DNA of 62,000 nt, counting the filler, from Sphacelaria rigidula (taxonomy: Eukaryota), in NCBI GenBank assembly GCA_964200075.2. It is 3 parts of 3 records of this genome, joined end to end, with 100 filler letters (N's around TTAATTAATTAA, not from the genome) between each part and the next. Parts side by side here need not be neighbours in the genome. Positions count along the whole stretch, not along the records: positions 20,709 to 41,304 come from CAXNAA020000512.1; 2 more parts are not named here. The stretch is one strand, 5' to 3'. Each line of letters begins with the position of its first letter. Positions within the stretch are counted from its first letter, which is position 1. The position numbers were made by a program, and so were the translations under genes. The notes under the pieces were generated by a model. That model searched no databases, was not told the DNA's origin, and saw only the letters and a program-made list of their open reading frames with translations. Below, piece after piece: positions 25,924-40,172 of the stretch.

Positions 25924-28900
25924 GTGTTGCGGTCTTGGTTAAGTCACAGCTTAAAACGGAATCCTTTCTTGGTGCCAGTACCTCTAAACGAGCTTGGAAA
26001 TGCCCGTGACACAGCGCCGTCAGAAAATGGAGGAGATGTTTTCCCAATGGACTCACGGGGATTCACAGCCGTCGGGGGATCCCAACATCCGCACATCGGC
26101 GTAGCAGCACGAAGGAAAGATCATTCGGGGCAGCTCCACGAACCTTCCGTCAGCCTTCGTGGCAGCACCATTGCGGACCGTGACATGGGACGGATTCGAA
26201 AGGCGGCCGCATTGTTATTGCAAGAAGAGAAGGTGTATGGCAGGTGAGCTGGTGCGGTTGTGCGATACACTAGTTTCTCACTTGCTCTTTGAGTTTACAT
26301 ATTAAGGCAAGCCTCCCACGTTCCCGTCTCTGTACATCGCATGCGCTCAGATTGGTTCGAGATAGCTCCGCGCGATTGGTGCCGGCCGATGTTGCCAAAA
26401 CCCGGGTGTACTCACAACGCCTGAGGCTGGATGACTATCAAGAGGTTGATGTTCCGGCCAGAACTCAGCATCACCTGGCACCATTCACCGAAATTGCTGG
26501 TGTACGGCGCGTCGATCCGAACGAAATTAGTGCAAATTATGCGCATCTCTCTGATGACGGTGCTGTGAGAAGCGCTGTTGAGAGGACTGATGTCTCCAAA
26601 CGAGGGGCAGCTGTGCGCTTGGCCCCTGGCAGTGCAAGCGCGGGTTGTACAGGCGGCCAGCTGCTCCCTGTTGCCGTGGTCACAGCATCCCCTCGGAGGG
26701 TCAGACCAGCCCGCAGGTGTGACCGTTTAGTCTCGCCATGCACATGTAAGCACGGAGTAGGAATATGTTTCCAATTTCTTATCCACCTCTAGTGAAAAGA
26801 CTCCTAGCTCGTTCAAGTCCATGTTGGTCTCTGAAATTCACATGAAATAGGTCTGTTGGGGCTGCACTGTATGCCGAAATGCTGAACAAGAAACAGCAGA
26901 ATCAACGGTTGCAGAAAGAGCTGGAGAATCTACGAAAAGAACTCGCGGAAGCTCACGCACAAGCTATACAGATGACAGCATTGCCAAGCACCACCGTTAT
27001 GGACAGTGGCAACGACGTCAATACGCCTGCAGGATTGGACGTAAATCGAGCGCCTGCAGCTGGGGAACTCGAGCCACATACTGACTGGGGGGGGTCGTCT
27101 TTACTACAGCGGGAATCTGATGCATGGGGGCATCAGGCTCGGAAATACGTCGTCCTGGAAGAACAGTATAATGTTCTACAAAAAAATCAACGAGAAGCGC
27201 AGAACAAGAAGCGTGCATTGGTACTTGAGCGCAAGAGACGACTGTTAGAAAAAGATCCCAATCTACAGCAGCGTACTGAAGATGATGAATACACATTGGA
27301 GGATCACGCGGCTACTCAGGTGCAGCGCATCGTACGAGGGCGGCAAGGTCGGTTCTACGTGAAGCGCCTTCGCCCTATTCTTATTGGCGCCGCTGTCGCT
27401 ATCCAGGGTCTTCTGCGCGGGCACCTTGGTCGTTCGTATGCCAGTGTCCGGAAGAAGAACAATCATGCTATTACAAACATTCAACGCGTGTGGCGTGGAC
27501 ACATGGGCCGAGCCACACTACATATACACCAGGTGAAAAAGGAAGAAGGTAAAGCCGCTCAGGATATTCAACGAATATTTCGCGGTTGTCGAGACCGAAC
27601 GAGAGCAGAGCACAAGCAGGGTTTCCTTACAAGCGCTAAGCGAGGAGCAGAAGTCGTTGGGGTCAGACAACTGTTCCATCAGGATATCGTAGATCTAGCA
27701 GAAACTATCGACATGTCCATTCACAACGCACAAGTTCCGCCACCTCCTAGTGTAGTTTTGGGACTGATGCGAGTTGTCGCCCTAATGCTGGAAGAGGACG
27801 ATGAAGCGGGGGCAGTGACCACGTACACCACTCTTGGGGTACAATCCGTTTATAAAATAGGTATATCACGGCAATTCACGTGGCTCGACGCACTGCGTTT
27901 GCTCCGGAGGTCTTCCAAACTTCTCCGACGGCTACGTCAGGTAGCTGAGGGACCCGCTAGCAAGCGCCCGCGGATGGTGCACTTTTCTCAGGCTGCAGTA
28001 CAGACCTACAATGCCCTTCGATGCGACTGCGCATGGAACCCCGTTACACTCGGTCGTATTGGGGGTGGCGCAAAAGCTTGTCAGCATATTTTGATGTGGG
28101 TGGACGCTCTGCAGGAAGTGTTCGCTCACCAATTAGAGTTCGGTGACGACCTGGGTAGTGATCGTGCATCCTGGGTTGGACGCGCACATGCGAGCATGCG
28201 CTCCATGCGCCATTTAGAAGCCTCTCGTTTGGTCTGGGAGCATGGGGTCGCCTGCTTGAACCGAGTCCTCCACGAGTCACGCAGTGAATCCGTCATGGAC
28301 AAAGAGACGACAACGTCCCGGTCGGTTGCCGCCGGCAGAAGAGGGGACCTACGTGTAAGTATTGTAGAACATTCCTTGACCATATTTCGAAAACGAGAAG
28401 CCGATGCGCAACATGCCCTTGCTATGACAAAAGAGGAAGAAGAGGACGCCCAGAAAAACGACCTGGCACGTCAGCTGTTCAGGATGGAAGCCCTTCTTGA
28501 AGATTTTAAACTGGCGGAGTTAGATGTTGCCGAAAAGGCGCGGCGTCTCGAAGAAGCGAAGAAGGCGTCCTTTGACGGGATTGAGGCTGACCAGACATGC
28601 GTGCGGCTTTGTCTTGACGAGCTGACAGTGTCAGAGGTGGCGCGTCGGGAACGCTGGACCTTTCTTGAAATGTACAAATTACAGACTGCCCGCAACGCGA
28701 AGTGGAGGGGGGTGGAAGTGGACGTATGGGGAGACCTCCGTCATCAACTGCGAGTTGTGGCTGAGGCGGAAGCCGCAGCTATACTCGCCATTGAAGAACT
28801 CAAGGATATGCTGGAAAAAATGGGCGATGAAGAGGCGAGATCAGGTAGCTCTGGCAGCCGTGAGATAGAACTACTTCGAGAGAGGGCACAAAAAGCAGAA

Positions 28901-31900
28901 GATCTGGTACGTGCTACGCGACTCCAGCTAGGCCAGATGGAAGACGAAAGGGAAACAGCCCACGCCATTGCCACTGAATCTGAGGTTAGTCCACGGAAAG
29001 ATGCCAGAAATTATGTAGCTCAATTTAATGAGATGTTTGTATTCAATACCTCACCGGAAGGCTTGGTGCGACTGGTTTTACGCGATCACTTATATCCAAC
29101 CAACAGCTCAAGGTTGGTTGTCCCACTGCTGGTGCAATGATACAGGCAAGCAATGCCTTGTCGTGTCAGACACACTGTTGCACAGTGGGCAGTGGTTGCA
29201 CTATCAAGTTGTTAATCACCACTGTTTTGTGTGAGGAAGAACAGATGCCCGCTGTAGAAGCTACATTGTTTTTACCGCGTGGTGCGGACTTAGGTAGAAT
29301 AATTCAATGGACACAGGTGGAAATTCACGCATGCCCCCCCTCGCCCCCCAAATCACACACCCAAATCATGGATCAATAATCCTGTCGACGAATACTAACA
29401 CTGGAAATGAAACACCTACTTGGCCCTGAAAACCAGGTCATCGTCAGGTGCCACGCATACCAGATACCCTGACTAGCATCTTATTGTTTTATCTCTTCAA
29501 CTTCGTGCCCATGTGATGGAAACGCTTTGCGTCAGCAACATAGAGGGCGTCCATACGAAATAGGAGGTCATGGATCGTCACTTTATTAGTCATTATACGT
29601 GTTCATGGAAGTACAAGAAGTATACAATATACATTCAGCAATTGCTATGCTCAACCTCTGTAAGGTGCTCCTCTGTACTGTGCATATTTCACCGAAAGAC
29701 ACTATGTGCTATACGTGCTGCTCTCACTCACGTCTACTCGTACACATTCGCACCATTCCGTGATACACGACGGCAAAGAGTATTTTTGTCTCCATATCAC
29801 TAAGGATCTACACCAAATACATCAATAGTATGTACTACGTATCAAGCAAGCGTTAAGCTTCGCCTCCTTCTCAAATCTGCTCATGTGCTTGCAGCTTCAG
29901 CGCGAGGAGACTGTCTTGTCCCATATGTGGGATGAACCATCCGAAGAGGAGCGCGAGGAAGACATTAACGAAGACGAACGCTACGCCAGATTGGAGGCAG
30001 AAGCAGCTTCTCGATTTATTCGTCCGGATATGCTTCGTCGTCCTTTCGAACGACCGCGACCCGTGGTTATTTGCTTGGCCCGAGATGTGCCTGGCGAAGC
30101 GAGGGATCGTATCGTTCGGCAGTTAGACCAGGATCTCCCAGGCTTAACAGTTCATATCGACGACACGAACAACATGGGTCTTGACATAGGCGACCTGCAG
30201 AACGCTCTGTCTGCAAGGTGTGCACTGATGTGTCGAAAACTGGGGCTGTGAAATGACTGGCGGAAACCCTGCGCATTTGTCACGCGCTCCTGCCGCGTCC
30301 GACTCTCTGTTTGGGTGTTTACATTCGTGTGGCGCGAATACAAAGCGATAAGTTGTAAAATGTAACACAAAGTTTATTCATTGTTGGATTTTGAGGAAAG
30401 TGCGCACATGTGGTGATTGTTATGCTGTAGTACTTCTCCGTGCACCCTGCATCTACCGTTTGTTGTAACTGAATGCTTGTTTGCAACTGAATGTTTGTTT
30501 GCTACTCGTTAGATTTAATGTCATCTGTGAGGTGGACGTGGGGCTGGGTCAAAAATGGAGGAATGCATTCTTTCAGCGATTGACTACAACCAAGGAGGCA
30601 CTGATTCCAACGCCGAGCTTCATCTTGGTTGTGGGTGTGGACAAAAACCGTTCTGGCGGGCCATTGGATACGTCCGTGGGGTGTATCGATCGGGACTTGG
30701 CGATTATGGGCGACGGAGCAATGAAAAGATGCCTCGAGGATGTTGGTCGTATCATCAAAGAACTCCAGTGCCCGACGCTACTCGAGGCTCTCACGAACAT
30801 GGGCCGGAATCCGTCCCCGCCTTCGCCCGCTCACATGATTGTCGTGGAGGCTATAACAATTCTCCTCACGCCGCAGAATACATTTCATAAATGTACTCCA
30901 TTGTCATCATTGAGAGGGGTGGCTTGGATGGAGGCTCGGCGAATGCTGACCTCCCCCACACAGCTTTTGGCTGCAATCGCATCGGTTGACATATTTGACA
31001 TTCCGATGACCAAGACACGTACATTGAAGGTACGTAAACTAACCGGCGAGATGTACCCGCATAGCTATATTTCTGCCATAAGTTATTGGAACTGATTTGC
31101 GCAATGTCTACCTTACACGCAATCTCTTCTCGATAACGCGCTCTTGCCTCGGTTAGGTGTACGTCGATCATGATCACTGGCCGGAAAACGGCCAAAACTC
31201 CGCTGGCGACGATGATGTGCTCCCCTATCTCGCCGAGTGGGCACGTTCGGCAATCAATTTCTCGGAGCTGCTCAATGAGGCCGGCGGTCGACCTGAAGCT
31301 TTGTCCCGCTATTCCTCAGGACTGCTGGCTGCCGTCGTGCCCGTGCTTGATGATCACCCAAGCGTGCAGGGACACACCGACGCTGAGGTCAAAAGGGGGT
31401 AAGCCTCGTAATCGTGGGCTACGCTCTGTGATAGCTGAGGGGTGCGGCATACCACGTCGTGCATACTATACCCGCGACGACAAAAAGCTACAGAAGACAT
31501 AGAACGAGTCCTGGATGGCATTCCTCATCTTAGTTCGGTGCCGCCATACGCCTCGGGAGGCCCCTCAATAGCCAATTTCAAATTATTCTCCAGGTGGAGA
31601 GCAGCGTACCACCAGACACTAACAGCTCTGCTGGAAGACGTGCGAGTCTTCCGTGTTGCAAGACGCGTGCAAGGCACTCATACTGCCGGTGTCCACCTGA
31701 TTGAGGTACGTACGCACTTCCAGTGGACTCGACGTATGGGCCGGATGCACGTTTCTGTAGAGTGGTATGCCCCTCGCTGTGGAGGTACTATAACCCTGTT
31801 GTCTGCGCTACGCATATGAACCTCGCGTCGCCGCATTTGCGTCTATGTTGGTTGTTTTTTGGCGAGCGACAGACAACGCTACTTTCCAGCGGTCGTGACT

Positions 31901-34900
31901 TTTGTCAACACATGGTTTCGGTTTGTCGAGCAGGTATATCAAGAGTGCGAGCGGCTGTTTTTCCACGTGTACAGTCCGGAATCTTGTGTGGGCAGCTTCT
32001 GCGTGGTGGAGGAGCGGCAGGTATGTGTGCCCCGGCCCCTAGCACAACATGATAATGGCAGAAGTTGAGTAAGCGTTTTGCCATTCTGTGGCACTTTCTG
32101 CTCGTATCATTTCTGTGATTGACGTAAGTAGCTGTCGACAGGTGATCTACCGATTATTCCGCCTGCTTGCATTTGGTCGGCAGCAAGGAAAGAGGCAAGA
32201 GTTCGACCAGTTTCCCCTACATGTCAAATGATCTATCGCCCCCCCCAAAATGGTGTGTATACTGCAGGGCACACAGGTTCTCGTTCACAGAACCATGATG
32301 TCGTTCGGGGCAGTCTTTACCAGACCACTATGTAGGATCACGCCAATCATTTGCTGCCTGGATAAGCGTGTGGCGGCCAAATCGTCGGAGTATTTTGTTT
32401 TTGGTCAAAGCATGTGGAGGGTACTTTAATTTCAGCGCGTGACGTGTGCATACCTGGATTCTGTAGTACATATCATCATTTTCTTGAAGGCTTCCACCGA
32501 GGGCGAGGAAAGAAGGGGAGACAATTCTAGTTTCCGGGACATGGGCCCTCCCGATGACTTACTATTGTCCGGACGTGAAGGTGTTGATGATATTTGTATG
32601 GTGTATTGGATATACTAGTTCTGCAACAAGAATATGCTACTCTTCGTGAACGCACTTTGCTCAGGTTAGCCAGCTGCTGGCCCCCACGCTTGATCAACCG
32701 CCCGAGTTTGGATCTGGCGCTGTCCCGTGCGACCGAGAAAACATGTTTTCACGCCTGGTCGCTCGTCTCAGCTTCAAGGAGAGTTCACGCCGTACGGTGA
32801 GTAGTTCTTGTCGTGCACTAGAGACAGCCATGCCACCTCAGTTAGCTCGATTATGCCCCAGACGCACGAGCCGTGATATATCTATGACCGTGCCGTAGTC
32901 CACTTGGCGAATTCAATGTGAGGTTGAATGGTAGCACTCCACATTTTGGTTTACGTTTGCGGTGCACGTCCCTCATGTCGACAGCTTGGTGATGAGATTC
33001 ATATATTTTGCTTACCGCTCTTGTACGCCCAATGCGACATGCACCAGGCAAATAAAAAGTGCCTGACGTGCGAGCGACCTCTAAGACGGCTACTGCGTGA
33101 TGTTCGGCACATATCGGGCCACCTTGCTAAAGTCACCGTGTACGAGGAGGCAAGAGGCGAGCTGAGATACATGGCGTATCTTGCCGACCGCACAGCAAGG
33201 CTGGAACTAAAAGTTGACGCCAGAGAAGTAGAAAGAGTGCTACCTGACAGCAGTGTTGAAATAGGAGAACGGGAGGCGCTCACAAGCGGAGACACAAGTC
33301 GCCTTCTTGTCCCAGTCACCGATCGTCTGGCGATATCTCCCTCCCGCGTCACAGTTTCCATGGGAGCAAAGTGTACTGGTCGGCGTACGACAACATCATT
33401 GAGCTCTCAAGGGCTAGTCCTTAAGCTTCGTCTCAAGGTACGCATCTTCAGCAGACTGCCTGGAATCCACAAGTGTGGGCTCTTTCCCAATCGTCGAGCA
33501 ACTTATATACTATTGTATTACCTCTCGTTGCAGGGTGGTCCTGGCCGGCGTGTCTTCCAAACCGTATCGCTCATCTCTGGCGCGTCTCACATTTTGACCG
33601 TGTGGGAGCTGGGGAGGCGTGGCCTACTCAGGGTAGTAGCATACGACCCCATCAGAAGTATTTCGTACGAGACGTTGCTGTCCAAGACGGAACGCGCTTG
33701 CTTGGGCTATGATGGAGAAAATTGCAAGTCGTGGTGCAAGGATCTCACCCGACGCTTAAGTTTGCGGAGAGCAAACGCTGAGACAATGTCGCTGATTGGA
33801 TGCGCGGCTAGTGGCCAAAACCCTACACCAGGGAAGAGAACAATGTCCTTGGATAAAACAATATTCGCCACCACCTACCGCGTGACCACCGGTGGGGATG
33901 ACTCCCGTTTACTGCGGGTGCGTGTTTCTCTCATAGATGCGGGAAACTGCGTCGCCCTTGATCTTTACCAGAATGATACATCGAGGGAGTGCCGCATTCA
34001 CCTAGAAGCAGAAGAGCTGGTACCAGATGAAATTCCACCACCCATCGCCAGCGTTGAACCGATTCCAGCAAGTAATGTCACTAGGCCGGCCCAAACCGAG
34101 GAGAGAACATCAGCTGGTGCTAACGGTGAAGAAGGCAGCTTGATGGGGAGAATTATTGCTGACGCGAACTCGCGCGAAGGGATCGTGCGCCGGCTCTTGC
34201 GTACTCTTCGTTTTCCCGATCCAGATACCGTCACCCTTCCGACCCAAGGCACAGCAAGGAGATATGCGATGGCGCCGTCCGATGGTGCCAAACAGCGACG
34301 ACCGCAGGGTAGCTTACTGGTGACGTCTGAATCTCCCGCGGTAGTGCGTACCAACGGACTTGGCGAGCTGAACAATGATTTTTTTAATCGACGTCGTCAG
34401 CCCGATACTCTGATTTATGAACGAGATACAGCACGGGTCGCAGAAGAAGCTAGTAGGGCTACCAATAGGTGAATACTCGCGTTTGAACACCAGACCCTGT
34501 TAGTGACAGGGCGACAGGGCGCATACTCTGTTGACGGTTGAATAGTTTCTCTATGCACTTCAATTTTCCTTTCAGTTGCGGTTATTATCGTGATGTCTAT
34601 GAGTTTGAGCCTTCGCCTGACATCCAACTGCAGGGGGAAGTCAAGAGGACGCAAGGGCAAGCAAAAGCGAGAAAACGCAGGCCCTTCTTCCGTGAGCGGG
34701 CGTGCAAAAATGCTTGTGGGAACCACAGAAGTAAAAGGTGGAGATGAGCTCCAACGAAGAACAGAGGCAGTAGCCGACCATCTCGTCACATCGAAGGTAT
34801 GGCAACTGTACATTTTCCCTTCGTAACAGACCTTTCGCGCCTGTACGTAGCTTCGATGTCACCGATGCGGTAGCACAAGCCACGTCACAAAAGACGCTTT

Positions 34901-37900
34901 TTTGAGCGTTCGAATACTTGTGTGAGAAAATCTTTTCGAAACGATTCTTCTGACCCGGAACTTTGGATATATAATCACTTGTTTGGTCGGAAACAATCTG
35001 TGATACCTTCACCGTCCCGTGCCTGCTCCACTAACAGGGACCCGAGGAAAACGAAATTGATTCTATCCGCTCCACACCCGGAGCCACATCAATATCACTA
35101 CCGCAGTTTGGTGAACGGCGAGTATTCAATGAAGCGGTTCCGATACGAAAGGACGACTGGGAGGCACACCAGCCAGTGTGTGACACAATCGTAACCGTGT
35201 ACGAGTGCCCCCCGCCAGAAATATCCAGCACTACCATCACGGGAAATGAGGAGGAGCTTGCCTTGCGCGCTGTCGTGTACTACCCCAAAATGGCGTCGTA
35301 CGCCGAAGTCCCCATCACTGGCTTTGTTGATCTGCGACAGGTGATTGCCCATGCCACGTGATGTCGAATGTACTGGTGCGCAGCTCAGGACGGGCTCTTT
35401 TTCGTGTAGCCGATCTCAAGCGTTGACTCTGTGCAAATTGGTGAAATGACCGTCAGGCCACGGGCGTACCCTGCAGGTTGTTGGGCCACTGCAACAACCA
35501 CTGGCATTCGCCTGGCGGCAACAACGGACCAGCGACACTGCAAATCTTCTCTTCAACTTCATATTCCGGGAGAGAACAATGATACGAGCCGGGACACGGG
35601 ATGACACGGTTGACGCCTATGTAGAGCATGGGTCAGACTTCAGCGTGATCTTGAAGCGCAGTCGACTGTATCGGTCCATAAAGCAGACACCGATCCACCT
35701 TGGCAGAGAGCAAGACGCGCAGGCAAACAGCGGTCAACTTATTGACGATGTGCTACGACGGGGACGGAAAGTAAGCATGATACGCATGTATTAGCTTCCT
35801 CTGGGCGGCCATAGAAATGGCAGCATTGGTGATCATCTCAACAGCCTGCTAATGTGTGACACAGGCGTTGCTTTCCACCCTGGGACGCTGAGACCCCGCT
35901 TCGTCTCCGCACATGATGCTATCACCAATGATTGGCAGAACGACTTCAAGCGTTGCGTTGGCTCGTAGCTTCGCGCTGGCAGCACTCTACACAGGCATTT
36001 GCCGCCGGTATTGGTATCGCGCGTGCTTTGCCTATAGAAAATGCGCACATCTGCGACATTTGATCCGTTTGCGCGTACATTGCAGCAATGAGGCACTTGC
36101 TGAAAACATGGTTGCTCCTGTGGCGCGCGCGCACTTGACTCGCGTTCAATAGTTGCTCGAGTGAAGTGCAATTTGAAGTAGGCTTATCTGCTCGTTGTAG
36201 TTACGTGACGACCGAATTACGTTTCTTACGTGATCGCCACCCGTCTTCGAGGTTGCACAAGTTGTAGATGTTTTGTATCAATGAGGTGGATAACGTTGCC
36301 TATGCTGCATGGCGGCTTCAGATATACCGTGGCGCAGTGAATGTGAGCAGCACACTGTTCCATCTAACAGCCTACGAAATACCATCTTCGGAGGAGACAA
36401 GTCCAGTGCCCGCCCTCAAGTTCATTGCGTACGAGCCGCGAACACAAATCCAGGTGGGCATCGATCACCCCTGTTCTATGGTTGCCGGTATGTATGCCAA
36501 GCTTGTTATTTGTTTTCTGAGTGAAGATGCGTGAGCGTGAAAAGACAGCGTGAAGATCATCAGCAGAGCTACCCACTTGCGTGAGAAATATGCTTGGCTG
36601 ATTCGAAGTGCCAAAATTCTAGCCGTTGCCTTACACCAAGCACGCCCGGCGCGTTGTCGACTCGATTGTTTACCTTGTATTTTATAACACCACGGTTTAG
36701 CTTGTGGCGGTGATCGAATCGGCTGCTGTGCTTGAGGCTGCTGGTGGCCCGCATTCACCTTGGATAAATGCAGGGAATCGTGAGAAGTTGGCTGGGATTG
36801 TGGCGGGGTTGTTACGTCTCAAGGTGAGATTCCTGGAGCCTGCTCTAAAGATACGACGTTGATCAACCATTGAGATAGCTTTATAAGTGCGGTGAGTGCA
36901 CGAGCCCCGGTCCGTCCTTTTCCGCTCTATGATGCAGGCCTTGAGTGATGGCTCAGCAGCGCTTGTGATGCCGTGGTCCCGCGAGCCGCTAGGGTTCGTG
37001 GACGAGGTTCAACCTGGCGAAACGTCTCGACCTCGGAGCGAAAAGGTGCTGGCGTGTGCAAAGCGAGAAGGCTTCTCACGTTTAGAGATGTTCAGCACGC
37101 GCATCACGGGCCACGAGGTATACGTCTGTCTACGTGCTCGGCACACAAGCTACGCAACTGATAAAAGAGGACGACGTATCATATTACCTCTGCGGTAACC
37201 GCGAAAATTGGCTTCGTGCTTCAGAGCGGTAAAACTAGGAACACTTATTCTGGTACTAGACAACGACGGACTTTGAGGGTTGTCGGTGCACCTTCTCCTT
37301 CAATCAAACCAGGACAATCCATGAAACGGGACAAATGCGTACGTTCAAGACCTTGTCTGCACCATGACTGGTGGTGTCCTGATGCACTCCTTCTGCTGCC
37401 CCATCTGCCGCGGTTTCCACGTTTCGACTCCGCCTGTGGGACGCACCGCTGTATATCTCAGTGATGGCGTATATTCTAGCGATGATGTACATCGCCATGA
37501 GCGAGATTTTTCGTTTAGTTTACCTCGGGCACGTCTATCATGTGACCACGGCTGGATTCGTGGAGGATAAATTAATGTGCGATAATCTATCAATCAAATC
37601 AACCAATTGAAAAGGACGAGGGTATACCCTGCAGTAATCTTAACAGTCCCAACTCGGTTTCATTTGTATCAATATCAGGTCGTTGTTACAGTATTTGCTG
37701 CGTCTAATGCCGCGGAAGATGCGACAACACCGGTGAGCCGGGAAGGGGACACTGAGGGCCCGATGCTCAGATTCAACGTGTACAGCCCGAAGCTGAACGA
37801 GAGCGCCGATGTTGACCTTCAGCATTCTATGCAGAAAATGATGACCGGTGCGTAGCCGCAAAACGGTCGGTAAGCGCACGGTGATACGGATGGTTTTGGT

Positions 37901-40172
37901 GGCCGGCGGACTTGACAGCTAAAGATGTTCCCCGATAGCGTTCTCTTGATCGTTGCCAAACTTCAGTCTGGTCATCACATCTCTTCACGTGCATGATATC
38001 TGATACTCGAAACATGCCGTTGATGCTAGCCCATGTAAAATTTGAGCCTGATTTTTGTCATCGGATCTACGTTGTCTCAAGTACGGTAGAGTACTACGTC
38101 CATATTTTGGTTCAAGCAAAATCCGCACAATAGCACCCAAATTTAAGAGAAAATATCACTGCGCACTCATATTGTATTGTCCCACTTATTGTAGGTCGCA
38201 ATATCTTCGACTTCACCAACGGGGAGGCCCGGTCGGCAGCGGTACGTCATGTGGCCCGATTCTTGTGTGTTACACTCAGCTGTCCACCAAAAGGCTTGCA
38301 AGTAAAGGTATGTCGTTGTCGCCACTAATCTAGCCTTCTCCACATACGCGTAAGTACCCATATGATCGGCGATTACGTACACGTGTATGTCAACTTCTAG
38401 GCTGAACATACGTGGAGCAGTTAAATGAGTGATCGTGAAATTGCAGCTTTACAGCGGCGATTGAAACGCATTTTTGGGCCCGTGCAGGCGATTTGTCTCT
38501 GTGTTCCACGAAACACGTGCGTCAATATGATTAGCCTTATGCAGCTCGGTCCCATCGGCAGTTCTGATGATGGCACCGCAATTACTCCCGGTCAACGCGG
38601 GGCGTAGCACTCCCAAATCTGCTTTGACGCCCCTTTTCGTAGAGTGCAAGTTAGCTACCGACGTTATAGGGAGGTGTCACGATAAAATTAATAAGACTTT
38701 CAACTTGGGAGTCGATCATTTCTTTCCTTGATGTTTATTTACTCTGACTCATTGCAGAAAGGACAAAGGATTCCGCAAGCCTCGAGCCAGTTCAGAGATG
38801 TCAGTCAGAGCTTTGATCATTCTTCGCGAATGTCTTCATGGGTAAATTTCACGCTTTTACCGAAAACATGTTGCACTGGCACCCTCAATAGTGCTATACC
38901 ACCCCCATCGCGTTCGGGGTTACTCTTTTCGGTCTTCCCCCTCATCACAACAGTTCGAAAACAAGTATCATAAACCGTGGCTAGTGGCGTACAACGAACT
39001 GGATGTATCTAACCGACCACAACAACAAAGACCCCGAGGGCAGCCGGTCATCTTCGTTCCCGCTGAGACCGAGGGAGATGTTATCTTGGCGAAGGTGAAT
39101 CACGACTTCTCGGTACTACTTCTTCAGATGTATGATGCTTGAAAAAGCGATTATGTTTTCCTATAGTTTTTACATGATCAGCGGCGAACATCAAATTGCG
39201 TATTTCTGGCGTTCTCACAGCTGTCTCTAACGATCGTCGCGCTCGCAACTCGATATTTGCAGGCAATCAGTATCGGTGGACTCAAGGTGGTGCTCTCCGT
39301 GCACACAAAGGACAAAGATCGTCCCGGAAAAGAGGGTTTAGTGTGGCAGGTTTACAACCAAGAAACGTGCGTGACGTGCACTCTTCACTTAAGTGCCAGT
39401 GGTTTTCTTGAGCAGGTGAACATTTTCTCAACATCTCTCCCCATCCTCATTGAATACTTGTATCCAACACTGCTGGGAAGAACTGTTGTGGCGCTGGATA
39501 AATTAAGGGTAAATTGTGACATCTTTCTCAATCATATAATTCGAAAAGGGCAAGGAGTTTCGTTGTCAGTTCAATCTGGGGTGTCGGTTCACCTATGAAT
39601 CCCGCTTGGTGCTGCTGGTGAATATCGAAAGTACATGTATTATAGTTGATTGGCCAAAGTGTCTGTGTCCGTCCGAACAATTGCCAACACGGGCGACGAC
39701 GGTGAAAGATCCGGCAAATGAGAAAGGTATTCTGCACGTGAACTAACGGGAAGAGCACCCGGATAGCGCGAAATTGTTTCGTAATCTGAGTGTAACTGAA
39801 AAGACGTTGCACACGGTAGGTATACCCTCGAAGTGCTAACGTGCTCTACAGCATCGTGAGTGTAATTCGTGGTAACACAAGCTGAGCTTTGAGAGGATGA
39901 GGGCTAGGCTGCTCGATCTCAGTGAAAGTTTGTTGACCCCGTCAATAAGATCAAACACACACGAAGCCAGTGAAACATATGGATCAACTCCCGTTTTTTG
40001 CCCTCACGATCCCACGCAGGTGGACCAAAAGGATCACCTGTGTGAAGATGACCGCCTGCTCGCTACTATTCACATGCTCACAAAGCGCCTCGTACTCAGG
40101 AAAACTGGCACTGGAGCTTGGGAATTGCGGTTGGAGAGGAAGTTGGAGCCTTGGCTGTTCGGTGGTCTCTGA
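25924..40172 (+). CDS. Large (~2,490 aa) IQ-motif / coiled-coil protein with two dynein-stalk MTBD-like modules and C-terminal beta-rich repeats; ~22 exons
   Basis: Phase-consistent AG/GT exons: 25924-26243, 26351-26716, 26851-28984, 29895-30217, 30513-31029, 31157-31398, 31594-31705, 31934-32020, 32665-32796, 33048-33437, 33534-34468, 34634-34796, 35038-35340, 35477-35770, 36322-36453, 36701-36823, 36938-37117, 37679-37847, 38195-38307, 38954-39094, 39263-39415, 40020-40172 (stop). They sum to 7482 nt, a multiple of 3. The start exon is uncertain (candidate ATG at 25680, MPPN...). IQ motifs: QVQRIVRGRQGR, AIQGLLRGHLGR, NIQRVWRGHMGR, DIQRIFRGCRDR. Confidence 0.88.
26851..28984 (+). CDS. Largest exon of the IQ/MTBD-like gene (coiled coil, 4 IQ motifs, first stalk-like module)
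   Basis: Coincides with the 753-aa ORF 26879-29140; bounded by aaatag|G and GAG|gttagt. Confidence 0.92.
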
